Made by a program: the position numbers and the translations under genes
In this document: piece by piece, positions 8,973-19,416 of the stretch
Numbering within the stretch: the first letter of the stretch is position 1
How the letters are laid out: the number at the start of each line of letters is the position of its first letter
Notes under the pieces: generated by a model
Seen by the model: only the letters and a program-made list of their open reading frames with translations
Databases searched by the model: none
Told to the model about the DNA's origin: nothing
Sequence record: PX068456.1
DNA from: a phage
DNA length: 64,000 nt
Reading direction: 5' to 3' (one strand)

Positions 8973-9536
8973 ATGATATTTCACATAACTCCCTATCTTT
9001 CTGGAGATATTGGAAAAGGTATCAATGACACAATAAGTGTCTTACCAGAAGATAGTTGGATTTGCCTAAGAGACATTGATACAATGTTTCTTCTTCCAGA
9101 ACAACCTGCTTGGTTGGAATCAATAGTCCGTTCAAATCCTGATTTTGATGTTCTTGGTGCATCTTGTAATAGATTGGGATCAACATATCAATTATTTAAT
9201 AATGAAAGAAGTGAAGATCCAAATATATTACACCACATTGAGATTGCAAAAAGAGCACATCTAGAATGGGGAAACTCAGTAGAGGAAGTACCTACAGATG
9301 CTATCTTAGCAGGATTCTTTCTTCTCTTTCGTAAGAGTCTGTGGAATGAAATCCCTTTTGAGGAAAGATCAATACAGTTTGATATAATTTTCTCTAAAGC
9401 ATTACACGCTAACAATAAAAGGCTAGGTTTACTACGTGGGTTATATTTATTTCACACATACCGTTTAGGTAATGATGATCCTAGAAAAGCTGTTTCACAC
9501 CTTTTACATTGTCAAGACATGAATAAAATTATTTAA
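8973..9536 (+). CDS. hypothetical protein, possibly glycosyltransferase-associated
   Basis: RBS GGAGGGAG; lies immediately upstream of the glycosyltransferase-like genes. Confidence 0.4.
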   Translation: MIFHITPYLSGDIGKGINDTISVLPEDSWICLRDIDTMFLLPEQPAWLESIVRSNPDFDVLGASCNRLGSTYQLFNNERSEDPNILHHIEIAKRAHLEWGNSVEEVPTDAILAGFFLLFRKSLWNEIPFEERSIQFDIIFSKALHANNKRLGLLRGLYLFHTYRLGNDDPRKAVSHLLHCQDMNKII

Positions 9537-9545
9537 GGAGTTATT

Positions 9546-10232
9546 TTGGAAAATACAAAAATTGGTGTTGGTGTTATTACTGTAGGTAAGCGTCCTCTTA
9601 AAGATTATCTTGTGACTGATCCTAATGCTACTTTTGTTGTACAGTATGATCGGGAACGAAAAGGTGTTGCATATGCCCGTAATGAACTGATGAAAAAGTT
9701 TTATGATGAAGGGTATGATTACTGGTTTATTTTTGATGATGATTGCTATCCGGTTGTGCCAGGTTGGGAAACATATTTTGTAAAACAGGCTAAGGAAAAT
9801 GGCTGGGATTTCTTTGGTATGCCTGAATATTTTAAAGATAAAGTAAAAGGTATTGAAGGTGAAGTGGTTATTTGGGAACTAGGTATGTGCCAGTTTGGTA
9901 TGTATTCCCGTGCAGTTATTGAGAAAGCTGGCTATTTCCGTTCATACACCCACGGTTATGGATATGAAGATGCAGAGTGGATTCAGCGCGTTCCACTGGC
10001 AGGTTTGAACCGAGGTATTCACGGCGTACCATGTCCTATTCGAATTATGGCGTTTATCCATCCTGACGATGTGTTTGGAGATAATCCTTTACCTTTTGCA
10101 AATCTGTCAAAAGAAGAGAAAGAACAGGGGATTGGTGTAAACTGGGAACAATATAAACAATCACTGGAGGATCTTCGCAATGGTAAAACTTTTATCTCTT
10201 ATGAGGAGGCTCAAAAATATGGTAAATCCTAA
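9546..10232 (+). CDS. glycosyltransferase-like protein (GT-A fold candidate)
   Basis: TTG start after AAGGAG; FDDDCYP (DxD-like) and GYGYEDAEW motifs. Confidence 0.45.
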   Translation: MENTKIGVGVITVGKRPLKDYLVTDPNATFVVQYDRERKGVAYARNELMKKFYDEGYDYWFIFDDDCYPVVPGWETYFVKQAKENGWDFFGMPEYFKDKVKGIEGEVVIWELGMCQFGMYSRAVIEKAGYFRSYTHGYGYEDAEWIQRVPLAGLNRGIHGVPCPIRIMAFIHPDDVFGDNPLPFANLSKEEKEQGIGVNWEQYKQSLEDLRNGKTFISYEEAQKYGKS

Positions 10233-11193
10233 TACTCCTGTACTTAAGTGTGATAATAAGTTAGGCAGTGGTTGTGATTACCATCGTATTGTAATGCCAT
10301 TTGCGGGAAATACGTTTAAGCCTAAGAAAGACGTTTTAGTTTTTAATAGAGTGTATTCTCGTGGATCAGACGAAGTTAAACGCCTGAAGGCACAAGGTGT
10401 TAAGATTATTGTTGATTTAGATGACTTTTATTCGCTTAATCCTGAACATTATATGGCTGGCGTATTTACTAATCACTCAAAGACTATTGTAGAGATGGTT
10501 AAGTTAGCAGATGTTGTTACTGTAACAACAGAATACCTAGCTTACAAAATTCGTCATTTAAATCGTAATGTTGTCGTTATTAGAAACGCACTACCTTACG
10601 ATGAAGGTCAATTTACTTTGACAAAAGACCGTTATTCTGACACGCCTATCGTTTGGGCTGGAGGAGCAAGCCATGAACCTGATTTATCTCTTGTAGCTAA
10701 CACATTTGATGATACGCTATTGACAATTGCAGGGTATGAAGTGTATCCTTCTGCACCTGTTGGAAATAATAGTCAGTATCTAACTACTGCGGAGTGGGTT
10801 AAAGTAAAACGTAAAATTCCAAATGCACAGTATAAACCAGCTATTAAAAATTTAGGTGAGTATATGTCTGTGTATGACGGTCACAGTATTGCAATTGCTC
10901 CTCTGGTAGATAATGACTTCAACAACTGTAAAAGCAATCTGAAGATTTTGGAAGCAGGTGCAAAGGGTCTTCCTATTATCTGTTCTCCTGTGCTGCCGTA
11001 CTTCAATCCTGTGGATGCAAAGGCTGTTATTTATGCAGACTCCAAAGCATCTTGGCATTATGAAGTTGTCAAGCTAATGAGGAACCCTAGATACACAGAA
11101 GATCGTGGTATGATGCTTGCAGAACACGTTCGTCTTAATTATAATCTTGCAGATGCCAATGAACTGCGTCGTCAAGTTATTGAAAGTCTTTAA
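10219..11193 (+). CDS. glycosyltransferase-like protein, paralog 1
   Basis: start moved to ATG with GAGGAGG RBS; shares VLTKDRYS..P.VWAG and YDGH.I.IAPLV.N.FNN.KSNLKILEAGAKGLP..CSP with the next ORF. Confidence 0.5.
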   Translation: MVNPNTPVLKCDNKLGSGCDYHRIVMPFAGNTFKPKKDVLVFNRVYSRGSDEVKRLKAQGVKIIVDLDDFYSLNPEHYMAGVFTNHSKTIVEMVKLADVVTVTTEYLAYKIRHLNRNVVVIRNALPYDEGQFTLTKDRYSDTPIVWAGGASHEPDLSLVANTFDDTLLTIAGYEVYPSAPVGNNSQYLTTAEWVKVKRKIPNAQYKPAIKNLGEYMSVYDGHSIAIAPLVDNDFNNCKSNLKILEAGAKGLPIICSPVLPYFNPVDAKAVIYADSKASWHYEVVKLMRNPRYTEDRGMMLAEHVRLNYNLADANELRRQVIESL

Positions 11194-11204
11194 CAAGGAG
11201 CCAT

Positions 11205-12149
11205 ATGCCTAATATTATTCTTGACACACGTGGACATGAAAGGTATAGTGTATGTGATTTTCATAGAATCATTTTGCCATATAAACGCAAACTGACCATT
11301 AATCCTAAGCATAATATTTTTGTGTTCAATGGAGTACCAACTCGTGGAAAGCCAGGTTTCCTGGCTCTTAAACAACTTGGGTTTAAATTGGTAATGGATC
11401 TGGATGATTCTTTAATTATTCCTGAAGGGCATATGTTGGAAGGATTATTTGAAAATCAAATCCGAGACGACCTAAAATGGTTCCTTGAAAGAAGCGATCT
11501 TGTAACTACAACAACTCCAGCATTAAAGGTTGAATTAAGCCAATACAATGATAATGTACATATTGTGCCTAACGGACTACCTTTTGATGAAGGGCAGTTT
11601 GTTCTTACTAAAGATCGTTATTCTAAAAGCCCACTGGTTTGGGCGGGAAGTGAAACACATAAACATGATTTAGCAATTCTTCCTACTTTTGGTAAAGATT
11701 TAACGTTATGTGGATTTCGTAGAGATCACGAAGAGTTAAGTAGTGCTCAATGGTTGCAAATTAAAGAAGAGATTCAACCAGATTGTGTTTATGAAGGTAT
11801 TCGTCCTTATGAGTGTTATATGGAGGCATACGATGGTCATCAAATCTCCATAGCTCCATTAGTAAATAATCATTTTAATAATGCCAAAAGTAATTTAAAA
11901 ATTCTTGAGGCTGGTGCTAAAGGTTTGCCACTCGTTTGTTCTCCACGAGAGAACTACTATACGGAAGAATTTAAAGATCTAATCTTCTTTGCTGATTCAG
12001 TTAAAGAGTGGAAAGATGTTGTAGAATACTTAATCGAATCTCCTGATGTTTGTATTGAGAAAGGATTAGCTCTTGCTAAGTATGTAAGAGATAACTACAA
12101 TATTGATGATTTAAATGAAACCCGCAGACTGCTTATCGAGGATTTATAA
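11205..12149 (+). CDS. glycosyltransferase-like protein, paralog 2
   Basis: tandem paralog of 10219-11193; KILEAGAKGLP resembles GT-B C-terminal motif. Confidence 0.5.
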   Translation: MPNIILDTRGHERYSVCDFHRIILPYKRKLTINPKHNIFVFNGVPTRGKPGFLALKQLGFKLVMDLDDSLIIPEGHMLEGLFENQIRDDLKWFLERSDLVTTTTPALKVELSQYNDNVHIVPNGLPFDEGQFVLTKDRYSKSPLVWAGSETHKHDLAILPTFGKDLTLCGFRRDHEELSSAQWLQIKEEIQPDCVYEGIRPYECYMEAYDGHQISIAPLVNNHFNNAKSNLKILEAGAKGLPLVCSPRENYYTEEFKDLIFFADSVKEWKDVVEYLIESPDVCIEKGLALAKYVRDNYNIDDLNETRRLLIEDL

Positions 12150-12418
12150 TGAACACTTTTGATTTTGAGTATAAACAAGATAATAAAGAACCTATTATTG
12201 TTGAAGTAGATTACTATTATGAAGAACCTAATCCTTTTTCACGAGAAAGTGATTGGGATTATTATGGTGGCCTTATTGTTGATGGTATTAGGTTCTATTC
12301 TGGTACAAAAGAACTTTTTGATATAGATATTTCACCATCGGAAATTGTTTACCAATTTAAGAAACATATGGAAGATTTGGAAATGCAATATATTATGGAG
12401 ACAAACGAATCATTTTAG
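12149..12418 (+). CDS. hypothetical small acidic protein
   Basis: ORF overlapping previous stop. Confidence 0.4.
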   Translation: MNTFDFEYKQDNKEPIIVEVDYYYEEPNPFSRESDWDYYGGLIVDGIRFYSGTKELFDIDISPSEIVYQFKKHMEDLEMQYIMETNESF

Positions 12419-12430
12419 TAGGAGAATCAT

Positions 12431-14203
12431 GTGTCTTATGTTGTAAATAAATATGGGTATAACATTGACCTAAGTCAAGAAGGACATACTGGGTGTCCTC
12501 GTTGTATGAAAGGAGGGCGTGATCGCTCACAAAACAATTTGATGGTATATGGCTTAGATGCCGATGAAGACCATCGAGGCGCACATTGTTTTTCTTGTGG
12601 CTTTACTATCCCTGATCAAAAATGGTTAAATGCACACGGCGAAGAAATTGAAGAGGAGGATATCTTGGGTAGTGAGTTTAATCCAGAAGTACATGATAAG
12701 CTAAAAGCCAGCACTGGAACTAATCCAAAAGGTTATCGCGGTATTCGTGAAGATATCTCTAAACCTTTCGGTGTACGCTATATGTACGATGAAGCTACTG
12801 GCGAAGTAATTTCAACATTATACCCTACAACTAAAGATTACAATATTGCTGGGTATAAACAACGTATCGATCCAAAAGATTTTTCACATCCTATTGGTGA
12901 AACAGGAAAGGATTGTGATCTTTTTGGGGAGTTTAAATATCGTAACCACAGCGGTACTATTCTAATCGTTGGTGGTGAACACGATATGCTGGCTGCAACA
13001 CAGATGCTAAAAGATTATAACAAGGGCGGTAAATATCCTGTTCCTGCTGTAGTATCTGGTACTTGTGGCGAAACATCTCTGCATAAGCAGCTTCAACATC
13101 GTTATAAATTTTTAGATCAATTTAAAAAGATTGTTCTGTGTATGGATAATGATGAAGCTGGACGTGCAGCAGTTGAGAAATGTGTTAAAATCTTACCACG
13201 TAATAAAGTTTATGTGATGGAACTAACGGATGTTAAAGATCCTAACCAGGCACTAGTAGAAGGAAAAATTGATCACTTTCTTGATCGTTTTTTCAAAGCT
13301 AAACTGTACACACCTGCTGGTGTTTATGCTTCTAACGTACTGTATGAAGCAGCCTTGGAATGCCTGGAAGCTAAAATGATCACCCTTCCTCCATTCATGC
13401 GTGTTGCTTCTAATATGTTAGGTGGAGGCTTGGTAGAAGAAGAAATTACTGTTATACTTGCAAAAACAAGTATCGGTAAAACACTGTTGGTTAACGAGAT
13501 TACAAAGCACATTATTCTTGCACACCCAGAACATACTCTTGGTATTTTATCTTTGGAGGCAACGTATAAGAAGTATTCTCGTAACTTACTGTCTTCATTC
13601 TTGCACATCCCTCTTCACCGTAAAACAAAAGAAGAGAAGGAAAAGATTTTAAAAGATAATGAAGAAAAGATTCGTGATTTTTACGAACGAGAAGATGGAA
13701 CACCACGTTTCTATGTTTGTGATGATCGTGGAGCTAACGTAGATGTGATTAAAGAGAAGGTTCTGGAAATGATTATTTATTTCGGAGTAACCATTCTTGT
13801 TATCGACCCTTATTCTGACTTGCTTTCTGGTATGGACGTGTCACAACAAGAGGAACTTGCGACGTGGCTCAAACGCATTATGAAAGAGTACGCAATTACC
13901 ATTGTTGTAATTTCACACGTTAAAAAGTCTTCTAACAATAGTAATGAACATATTGTAGAAGATGATGCAATGGGTAGTAGCTTCCTTGCTAAAGGTGCTG
14001 GTATCACAATTGCGCTGGAGCGTGATAAACAAGCTGAAGATCCTATGGAACGTAACCGCACATATTGCTACATCCTAAAGAACCGTGAGTTCTCAGAGAC
14101 TGGTGCAGCAGGTAGTTTCTTCTATGAGATTAAAACAGCGACACTTCACGATTACGATCAATACACAAGTAACCCAGAGAATATTCCTGATGGTTCTTAT
14201 TAA
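12431..14203 (+). CDS. DNA primase-helicase (zinc-ribbon + TOPRIM + DnaB-like helicase)
   Basis: GTG start after TAGGAG; CPRC...CFSCGF zinc ribbon; helicase Walker A AKTSIGKT and Walker B-like LVIDPYSD. Confidence 0.8.
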   Translation: MSYVVNKYGYNIDLSQEGHTGCPRCMKGGRDRSQNNLMVYGLDADEDHRGAHCFSCGFTIPDQKWLNAHGEEIEEEDILGSEFNPEVHDKLKASTGTNPKGYRGIREDISKPFGVRYMYDEATGEVISTLYPTTKDYNIAGYKQRIDPKDFSHPIGETGKDCDLFGEFKYRNHSGTILIVGGEHDMLAATQMLKDYNKGGKYPVPAVVSGTCGETSLHKQLQHRYKFLDQFKKIVLCMDNDEAGRAAVEKCVKILPRNKVYVMELTDVKDPNQALVEGKIDHFLDRFFKAKLYTPAGVYASNVLYEAALECLEAKMITLPPFMRVASNMLGGGLVEEEITVILAKTSIGKTLLVNEITKHIILAHPEHTLGILSLEATYKKYSRNLLSSFLHIPLHRKTKEEKEKILKDNEEKIRDFYEREDGTPRFYVCDDRGANVDVIKEKVLEMIIYFGVTILVIDPYSDLLSGMDVSQQEELATWLKRIMKEYAITIVVISHVKKSSNNSNEHIVEDDAMGSSFLAKGAGITIALERDKQAEDPMERNRTYCYILKNREFSETGAAGSFFYEIKTATLHDYDQYTSNPENIPDGSY

Positions 14204-14213
14204 GGAGAGAAAT

Positions 14214-14609
14214 ATGAAAGACAACGAAAATATCCTCTATGGGGTATCCCCTTCTGCGTTAGGGTATGATTATACGAAAACTATTGCCAAGTTTAAATTT
14301 CAAGATGGATCGGAGTTAGAACCATACGGTTATGCTTATGGCGAACATTTGTGGTTTGAGGATGGTTGCCTATACCTTCTCATTCAAACTACCAGTGGTT
14401 TTGTGGGAGAGCTTGTAGATCGCATGCTGAAAAATGTTAGTGATAAAGTTGTTCTTGATATCGCTAGTAAGGATGAAAACATTAATAACATTGTTTCCAC
14501 TTTTAGTGGCTTAACAGGAACAGTTAAAATTGACCGTGTAGGCTTGAGAAATACCAATGGTGTCCCTAATTGCCTTATTAAAGTACAATTAAGTGCTGAC
14601 AATAAATAA
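14214..14609 (+). CDS. hypothetical protein
   Basis: start placed at ATG after AAGGAGAG RBS (ORF track started upstream inside the helicase). Confidence 0.45.
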   Translation: MKDNENILYGVSPSALGYDYTKTIAKFKFQDGSELEPYGYAYGEHLWFEDGCLYLLIQTTSGFVGELVDRMLKNVSDKVVLDIASKDENINNIVSTFSGLTGTVKIDRVGLRNTNGVPNCLIKVQLSADNK

Positions 14610-14613
14610 CAAG

Positions 14614-14637
14614 AAGGGGCGAAAGCCCCTTTACAAA
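14614..14637 (+). terminator. terminator-like hairpin (AAGGGGCGAAAGCCCCTT)
   Basis: GC stem followed by T/A-rich tail. Confidence 0.45.
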
Positions 14638-14699
14638 ACAATTAATTTATGGTACAGTATTAACAAATTAAGACTTTAGAAATATTTTAAGGAGGGAGA

Positions 14700-17279
14700 A
14701 TGGGAGCTTTTACTTTCGACATTGAAAGTAACAACTTGCTTAATGACGAAAGTGTAGATTACTTGGCAAGTCCATATCGTTTAAAAGATAGTTTTGCAAT
14801 GCACTGTATTGTGTGTGAAAGTCATGATACTGGAGAGATTATTGCTTTCCATGATGGTGATAAATATCTTTTCGATGGTCGTCCGTATATTGAGACTGAC
14901 GGAAAGTATGAATACCGACTGGAGGAATATGAGCATTTAGAATATACCCATTTCCCTCTTAAAGATTTTCCTGATTTTGTAAATGGAACAGGTAAATTTA
15001 AAGGTAATTCAAACTATAAAATTACCAAAGTAGTTGGACACAACATCATTAACTTCGACTTACTGGCAATTAAATTATTTTTTAAACTCAACTACAGTAT
15101 TAAGTACAATACTTGGGGTAATAGTAACATTGAAATTTGTGATACTATGATCTTAAGTAAGACACTAAACCCTGATCGCTTCGGTGGTCATAGTCTGGCA
15201 GAGTTATCTAAGAAAGCTGGAGGGGATGTTAAAATTGATTTTAGAAAAAACATCCCTGAAACTGAAAGATTTAGAACATTTGCAGCAGATATGCTGTATT
15301 ACTGTATTTACGATAACAAAGCTAACACCGCAGTGTTCCGTTATTTGATGGAAGAGTGGGGTGATTATAATAAGTGGTCTGAACCATTTAACTTAGAACA
15401 ACGTGTAGCTGATATTATTACACGTCAAGAGCACCGTGGCTTTGCTTTCAATATGAAACAAGCAGAAGATAATATTCGTGATCTGGATGCTCGAATGGAA
15501 GCATGTCGTTTAGAGGCAGAACCTGTACTACCTCCTAAACCTGCTACTAAAGGTTATTTGAAATCATTCATTCCACCTAAACTACAGTTTAAAAAGAATG
15601 GTGAACCTTCAAGTAACATGATAAAGTTTGCAGAGAAACATTCTGGTGAACTTGTACAAAAAGAAGATGGTTGGTGGTTATTTGCATTAGGTAAAGAGTT
15701 TAAACTACCTATTCCAGCAGAAGAACCTATTTGTGATCCTACAGTACCTGCTACTTTAGACGACACTACACATATTAAAAATTGGTTAGTTGGTTTAGGT
15801 TGGAGTCCATCTGAATATAAAGATAAAGATATCACTCTTAAATCTGGCACTAAGATTAAGAAAGATGAAGCACAAATGGAGAAAGCTATTCGTGACTATG
15901 TTGATCAAACATTAGCATCTAACTTCTGCCAGGATAGATGTGATCATCTGGAGTGCACACCAGAAACTTTGGAATGGAAACTAAGAGATCGTATTGCTAA
16001 AGCTAAAGGTCGTGGTGTTAAAGTGCTTACTAACCCTTCCTTTACAAAAGGGCAAGAGAAGGATATTTGTCCTAACTTGGAAGCACTAGGTGAAAAGTTT
16101 CCTTACGCTACGCAGATTGTGCAGTATCTTACGTATAAACATCGTAGAAACTCTATTCTAGGTGGTGGTGCTGATTGGGAAGAGGATGAAGAGGATTACG
16201 ATAAAGGTTATCTGGCGGCAGTAAGGGCTGATGGTCGTATACCAACTCCTGCTGCAACGTGTGATGCAGCTACGTCTCGTATGAAACATAGGTTAGTAGC
16301 AAATATTCCACGTGTAACATCTCTGTACGGATATGAAATGCGTAACTTATTTGGTGTAGAAGTTCCAAAATACTTCCAAATTGGTTATGACTTTGATTCT
16401 CTTGAGGCAAAGATAGAATCACACTACTGTTGGCGGTACGAGCAGGAACCACACGAATATTGTAATGCTCTATTGTTGGAAAAACCTAATGATGTTCATA
16501 CAATGATGGCTCGACGTATTTCTGACACTATTGGTCGTAAGTTTGAACGAAGCCCTGCTAAATCTGTTAAGTATGGTATTACTTATGGTGCTCAAGCTGC
16601 AAAAGTAGCAAAAACTATTGGTAGTGATATGTATACAGGACAGCTTGTATACGATGCTTTCTGGGAAGCTGCAAAACCTCTTGCACTTCTTAAAGAACGT
16701 CTGCATGATTTTTGGGTTAAAACAGGTAAGAAATACATTCTTGGTATTGATGGTAGGAAAGTACCTACACGATCTGCACACGCAATACTTAACTCTCTGT
16801 TCCAGAGTGGTGGTGTTATTTGTGCAAAAAGAGCAATGGTTATCTACGATGATCTTATCGAAGAAGAAGGATTAGCTGTTGACTTTTTTGTTGATGACTG
16901 GAAAAATAAGTCATTCGTTCAACAAATGATTGCATATCACGATGAAGCACAGCTTGAAGTAACTCGTGATCTCGTGCATTTTAAATGGTTCTCTAAAGAA
17001 TCTTTAGGTTGGACTCAAGTTGATGATCCAGAAGAACAAAAGAAAATTGATAAAGAATGTTTGGATAAAGTTAACGCCTGGAAAGAAGAGGAAGAGAAAC
17101 GTACTGGCAAGATTTGGGCTAACGTACATGAATCTCCGAAAGGTGGTTGGTTTACAGCCTATAGTCGTGCTGGAGAGTTAGCATCTATCGCTGTTAATAA
17201 AGCTGGTGAGTATTACAATCTTAATGTACCTCTCACTGCTGGTTACGATGTTGGTAACTCATGGGCCAGTTGTCACTGA
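14700..17279 (+). CDS. DNA polymerase, family A, with 3'-5' exonuclease domain
   Basis: 859 aa; N-terminal FDIESNNL exo motif; RKFERSPAKSVKYGITYGAQ (motif B-like); HDEAQLEV (motif C). Confidence 0.85.
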   Translation: MGAFTFDIESNNLLNDESVDYLASPYRLKDSFAMHCIVCESHDTGEIIAFHDGDKYLFDGRPYIETDGKYEYRLEEYEHLEYTHFPLKDFPDFVNGTGKFKGNSNYKITKVVGHNIINFDLLAIKLFFKLNYSIKYNTWGNSNIEICDTMILSKTLNPDRFGGHSLAELSKKAGGDVKIDFRKNIPETERFRTFAADMLYYCIYDNKANTAVFRYLMEEWGDYNKWSEPFNLEQRVADIITRQEHRGFAFNMKQAEDNIRDLDARMEACRLEAEPVLPPKPATKGYLKSFIPPKLQFKKNGEPSSNMIKFAEKHSGELVQKEDGWWLFALGKEFKLPIPAEEPICDPTVPATLDDTTHIKNWLVGLGWSPSEYKDKDITLKSGTKIKKDEAQMEKAIRDYVDQTLASNFCQDRCDHLECTPETLEWKLRDRIAKAKGRGVKVLTNPSFTKGQEKDICPNLEALGEKFPYATQIVQYLTYKHRRNSILGGGADWEEDEEDYDKGYLAAVRADGRIPTPAATCDAATSRMKHRLVANIPRVTSLYGYEMRNLFGVEVPKYFQIGYDFDSLEAKIESHYCWRYEQEPHEYCNALLLEKPNDVHTMMARRISDTIGRKFERSPAKSVKYGITYGAQAAKVAKTIGSDMYTGQLVYDAFWEAAKPLALLKERLHDFWVKTGKKYILGIDGRKVPTRSAHAILNSLFQSGGVICAKRAMVIYDDLIEEEGLAVDFFVDDWKNKSFVQQMIAYHDEAQLEVTRDLVHFKWFSKESLGWTQVDDPEEQKKIDKECLDKVNAWKEEEEKRTGKIWANVHESPKGGWFTAYSRAGELASIAVNKAGEYYNLNVPLTAGYDVGNSWASCH

Positions 17280-17416
17280 CATCCCTTTGATTTTAAAGGA
17301 GTTTTTATGTGGGACAATCTATTATTGCCAAGGTTGTTCCACACTTTTAAACCATTTCATAATTAGATGTTTGAACATCTAGAATAACGCAAAGACCATA
17401 AGAGATAGGAGAAAAT

Positions 17417-18010
17417 ATGAATATTGAAGATCAAAAAGTACGCGCTTTAGAAGTATTACGTATGTGCCAACTGGTAGATCCGTTTGCAATTGTAGCTGGC
17501 GGCGCTGTACGTGATTGGCGATTAGAAACACCTGCGCAAGATATTGACATTTACTTGCGTATGCCTAACCACAATACAACCGTACTGGTAGAGAAATTTT
17601 TGATGTTGGGTGTTGGTGCACGTAATGTTAAACAACTTACTAAGCAAACAGAACACACTTATGCCGAACTACCACATTTGAAATGGGTATTTGAAGCATA
17701 CTATAAAGATCTTAAGTTTAACTTTATGATCATGGAAGAGGGTGTACGCAGTGAAATCGTATGGAACTTTGACGTAGCTATTTGCCTGTGTTACTGGGAT
17801 GGTCAAAATTATGTATATCATCCAGACTTTGACTTTGCATTGAAGACTAATATTTGCACTATTAATCACCGATACACAGGTAAAGAAGCACACGTCCGTA
17901 AAATGGCAGAACGTTTCCCTATGTTCCGCTTTGTAAAAGACGTTTTCATCCCCAAAGAACCAGAAGTACGTACACTGGATTCGTTTAACAACGAAGAATT
18001 TAAGATTTAA
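17417..18010 (+). CDS. minimal nucleotidyltransferase, CCA-adding-enzyme/poly(A) polymerase head-domain-like
   Basis: 197 aa; AIVAGGAVRDWRL...DIDIY matches the GGxVRD...DxD signature of class II tRNA nucleotidyltransferases. Confidence 0.55.
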   Translation: MNIEDQKVRALEVLRMCQLVDPFAIVAGGAVRDWRLETPAQDIDIYLRMPNHNTTVLVEKFLMLGVGARNVKQLTKQTEHTYAELPHLKWVFEAYYKDLKFNFMIMEEGVRSEIVWNFDVAICLCYWDGQNYVYHPDFDFALKTNICTINHRYTGKEAHVRKMAERFPMFRFVKDVFIPKEPEVRTLDSFNNEEFKI

Positions 18011-18013
18011 GTG

Positions 18014-18043
18014 TTGACAAACCTTACAATTATGTGTTATTAT
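18014..18043 (+). promoter_or_regulatory. sigma70-like promoter candidate (TTGACA, ~18 nt spacer, TATTAT)
   Basis: read directly from sequence. Confidence 0.3.
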
Positions 18044-18053
18044 GAGGACTTGA

Positions 18054-18452
18054 ATGACAGACAATCGTTCTAAAATCTTAGTCGAGACGTTCTATAGTAG
18101 AGAAACTAATCGTCTTGAACTAACTAAAAAAGATGTTGAACCTCAAGATAATACCTTTTTTATTCAAATACTATGTCTCTTTGGTGGATACAACCGTTTA
18201 ACAGTGCGGGTAGAAGACAAAGAGATATCTGAAACCACTATCACAAAACGTGATCTAATGCTACTACAGGACACAATACGAGATGTTTTGGACAATCCTG
18301 GAAAAGCAAAAGTAATTAACCTTGGTGGAGAAAAGATACAAATTCTCCATTTTGAAAGTGGTGAAATAGGATTTGGTATTGGTCTTGGTAAATACCTGTT
18401 GGAAGAAACTGACGCTACTCTTTTACGAGAGTTTTGTGTTAAAGTAATGTAA
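18054..18452 (+). CDS. hypothetical protein (132 aa)
   Basis: ORF. Confidence 0.45.
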   Translation: MTDNRSKILVETFYSRETNRLELTKKDVEPQDNTFFIQILCLFGGYNRLTVRVEDKEISETTITKRDLMLLQDTIRDVLDNPGKAKVINLGGEKIQILHFESGEIGFGIGLGKYLLEETDATLLREFCVKVM

Positions 18453-18468
18453 TTATAGAGGAGAATTT

Positions 18469-19416
18469 ATGCCAGTAATTAATTCTGAAATCGACCGCCG
18501 TACTAAAAAAGAAGCATTCTGGGCTGAAGGTATTGTCGAATATGTCAAACTAGATAAGTTTGATGAAATGAAAGTCTCTTATATTAAGGTTGCAGGTCAG
18601 CCAGATAAGAAAATTGAATCAACTCACAAAGCATCTCTGCTTATTAAAGAGAAAGGTGCTGGTGCTGATGATAAAGGTGTTTGGGTTAGCCTAGGTGAAG
18701 TTAAACTGCACCCAGAACATGAAAATCTGCAAGTTAAAGATGGTGATAAGTGGGTTACTATCGAAAAAGGTGTAGAACTAACTATGGATGTTAAACCTTC
18801 TGAATGGAATGGCAAAACATACTACAACTCCTCTAAAGGTAAAATCACTATTCTTTCAACAGAAGGTGTTCAGCAAGCGCAATCCTCCTCAAAAGGTGGA
18901 AATAAGCCATCTAATAACGACGGTAGCAAGCCTAACTACAAAAAACGTGATACCGTAGGGATTGAAACAGGACACGCTGTAAACGGCGCTCTGGAGCTTC
19001 TACGTGCTGGTGTGAAAGGTGATGCTTTCGACTTGGCTGGTGTGGTACAATCTGCAACTGTTACTCTGAAAGCTGAAATTGCTAAAGATCGTGGCGTTGA
19101 TGTAACTGACTATGATCTTGGTGCTTCAGTTGGACACGCAATTCTTAACGCTTGTCGTGATCATACAGGTAAAACTGTAACGGCAGAAGAGATTATTGAA
19201 GCTGCTCGTGAAGTTCTTGCTTTGTCTGATAAAGTAGCTGCTGCTATCCGTGGAATGTCTACCCCAGTACAAGAAGTTAAGAAAGAAACTAAAAAAGTAG
19301 AGAAGAAAGAGCCAGCACCGAAAGAACCAGAACCTGTTGTTCAAGATTTCGATGATGATATCCCATTTGCTCCTATTGGTTTGCAATATGGTCGAAACTT
19401 CCTGCACTGTTTCTAA
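18469..19416 (+). CDS. single-stranded DNA-binding protein (putative)
   Basis: acidic C-terminal tail DFDDDIPF typical of SSB; position within the replication module. Confidence 0.55.
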   Translation: MPVINSEIDRRTKKEAFWAEGIVEYVKLDKFDEMKVSYIKVAGQPDKKIESTHKASLLIKEKGAGADDKGVWVSLGEVKLHPEHENLQVKDGDKWVTIEKGVELTMDVKPSEWNGKTYYNSSKGKITILSTEGVQQAQSSSKGGNKPSNNDGSKPNYKKRDTVGIETGHAVNGALELLRAGVKGDAFDLAGVVQSATVTLKAEIAKDRGVDVTDYDLGASVGHAILNACRDHTGKTVTAEEIIEAAREVLALSDKVAAAIRGMSTPVQEVKKETKKVEKKEPAPKEPEPVVQDFDDDIPFAPIGLQYGRNFLHCF

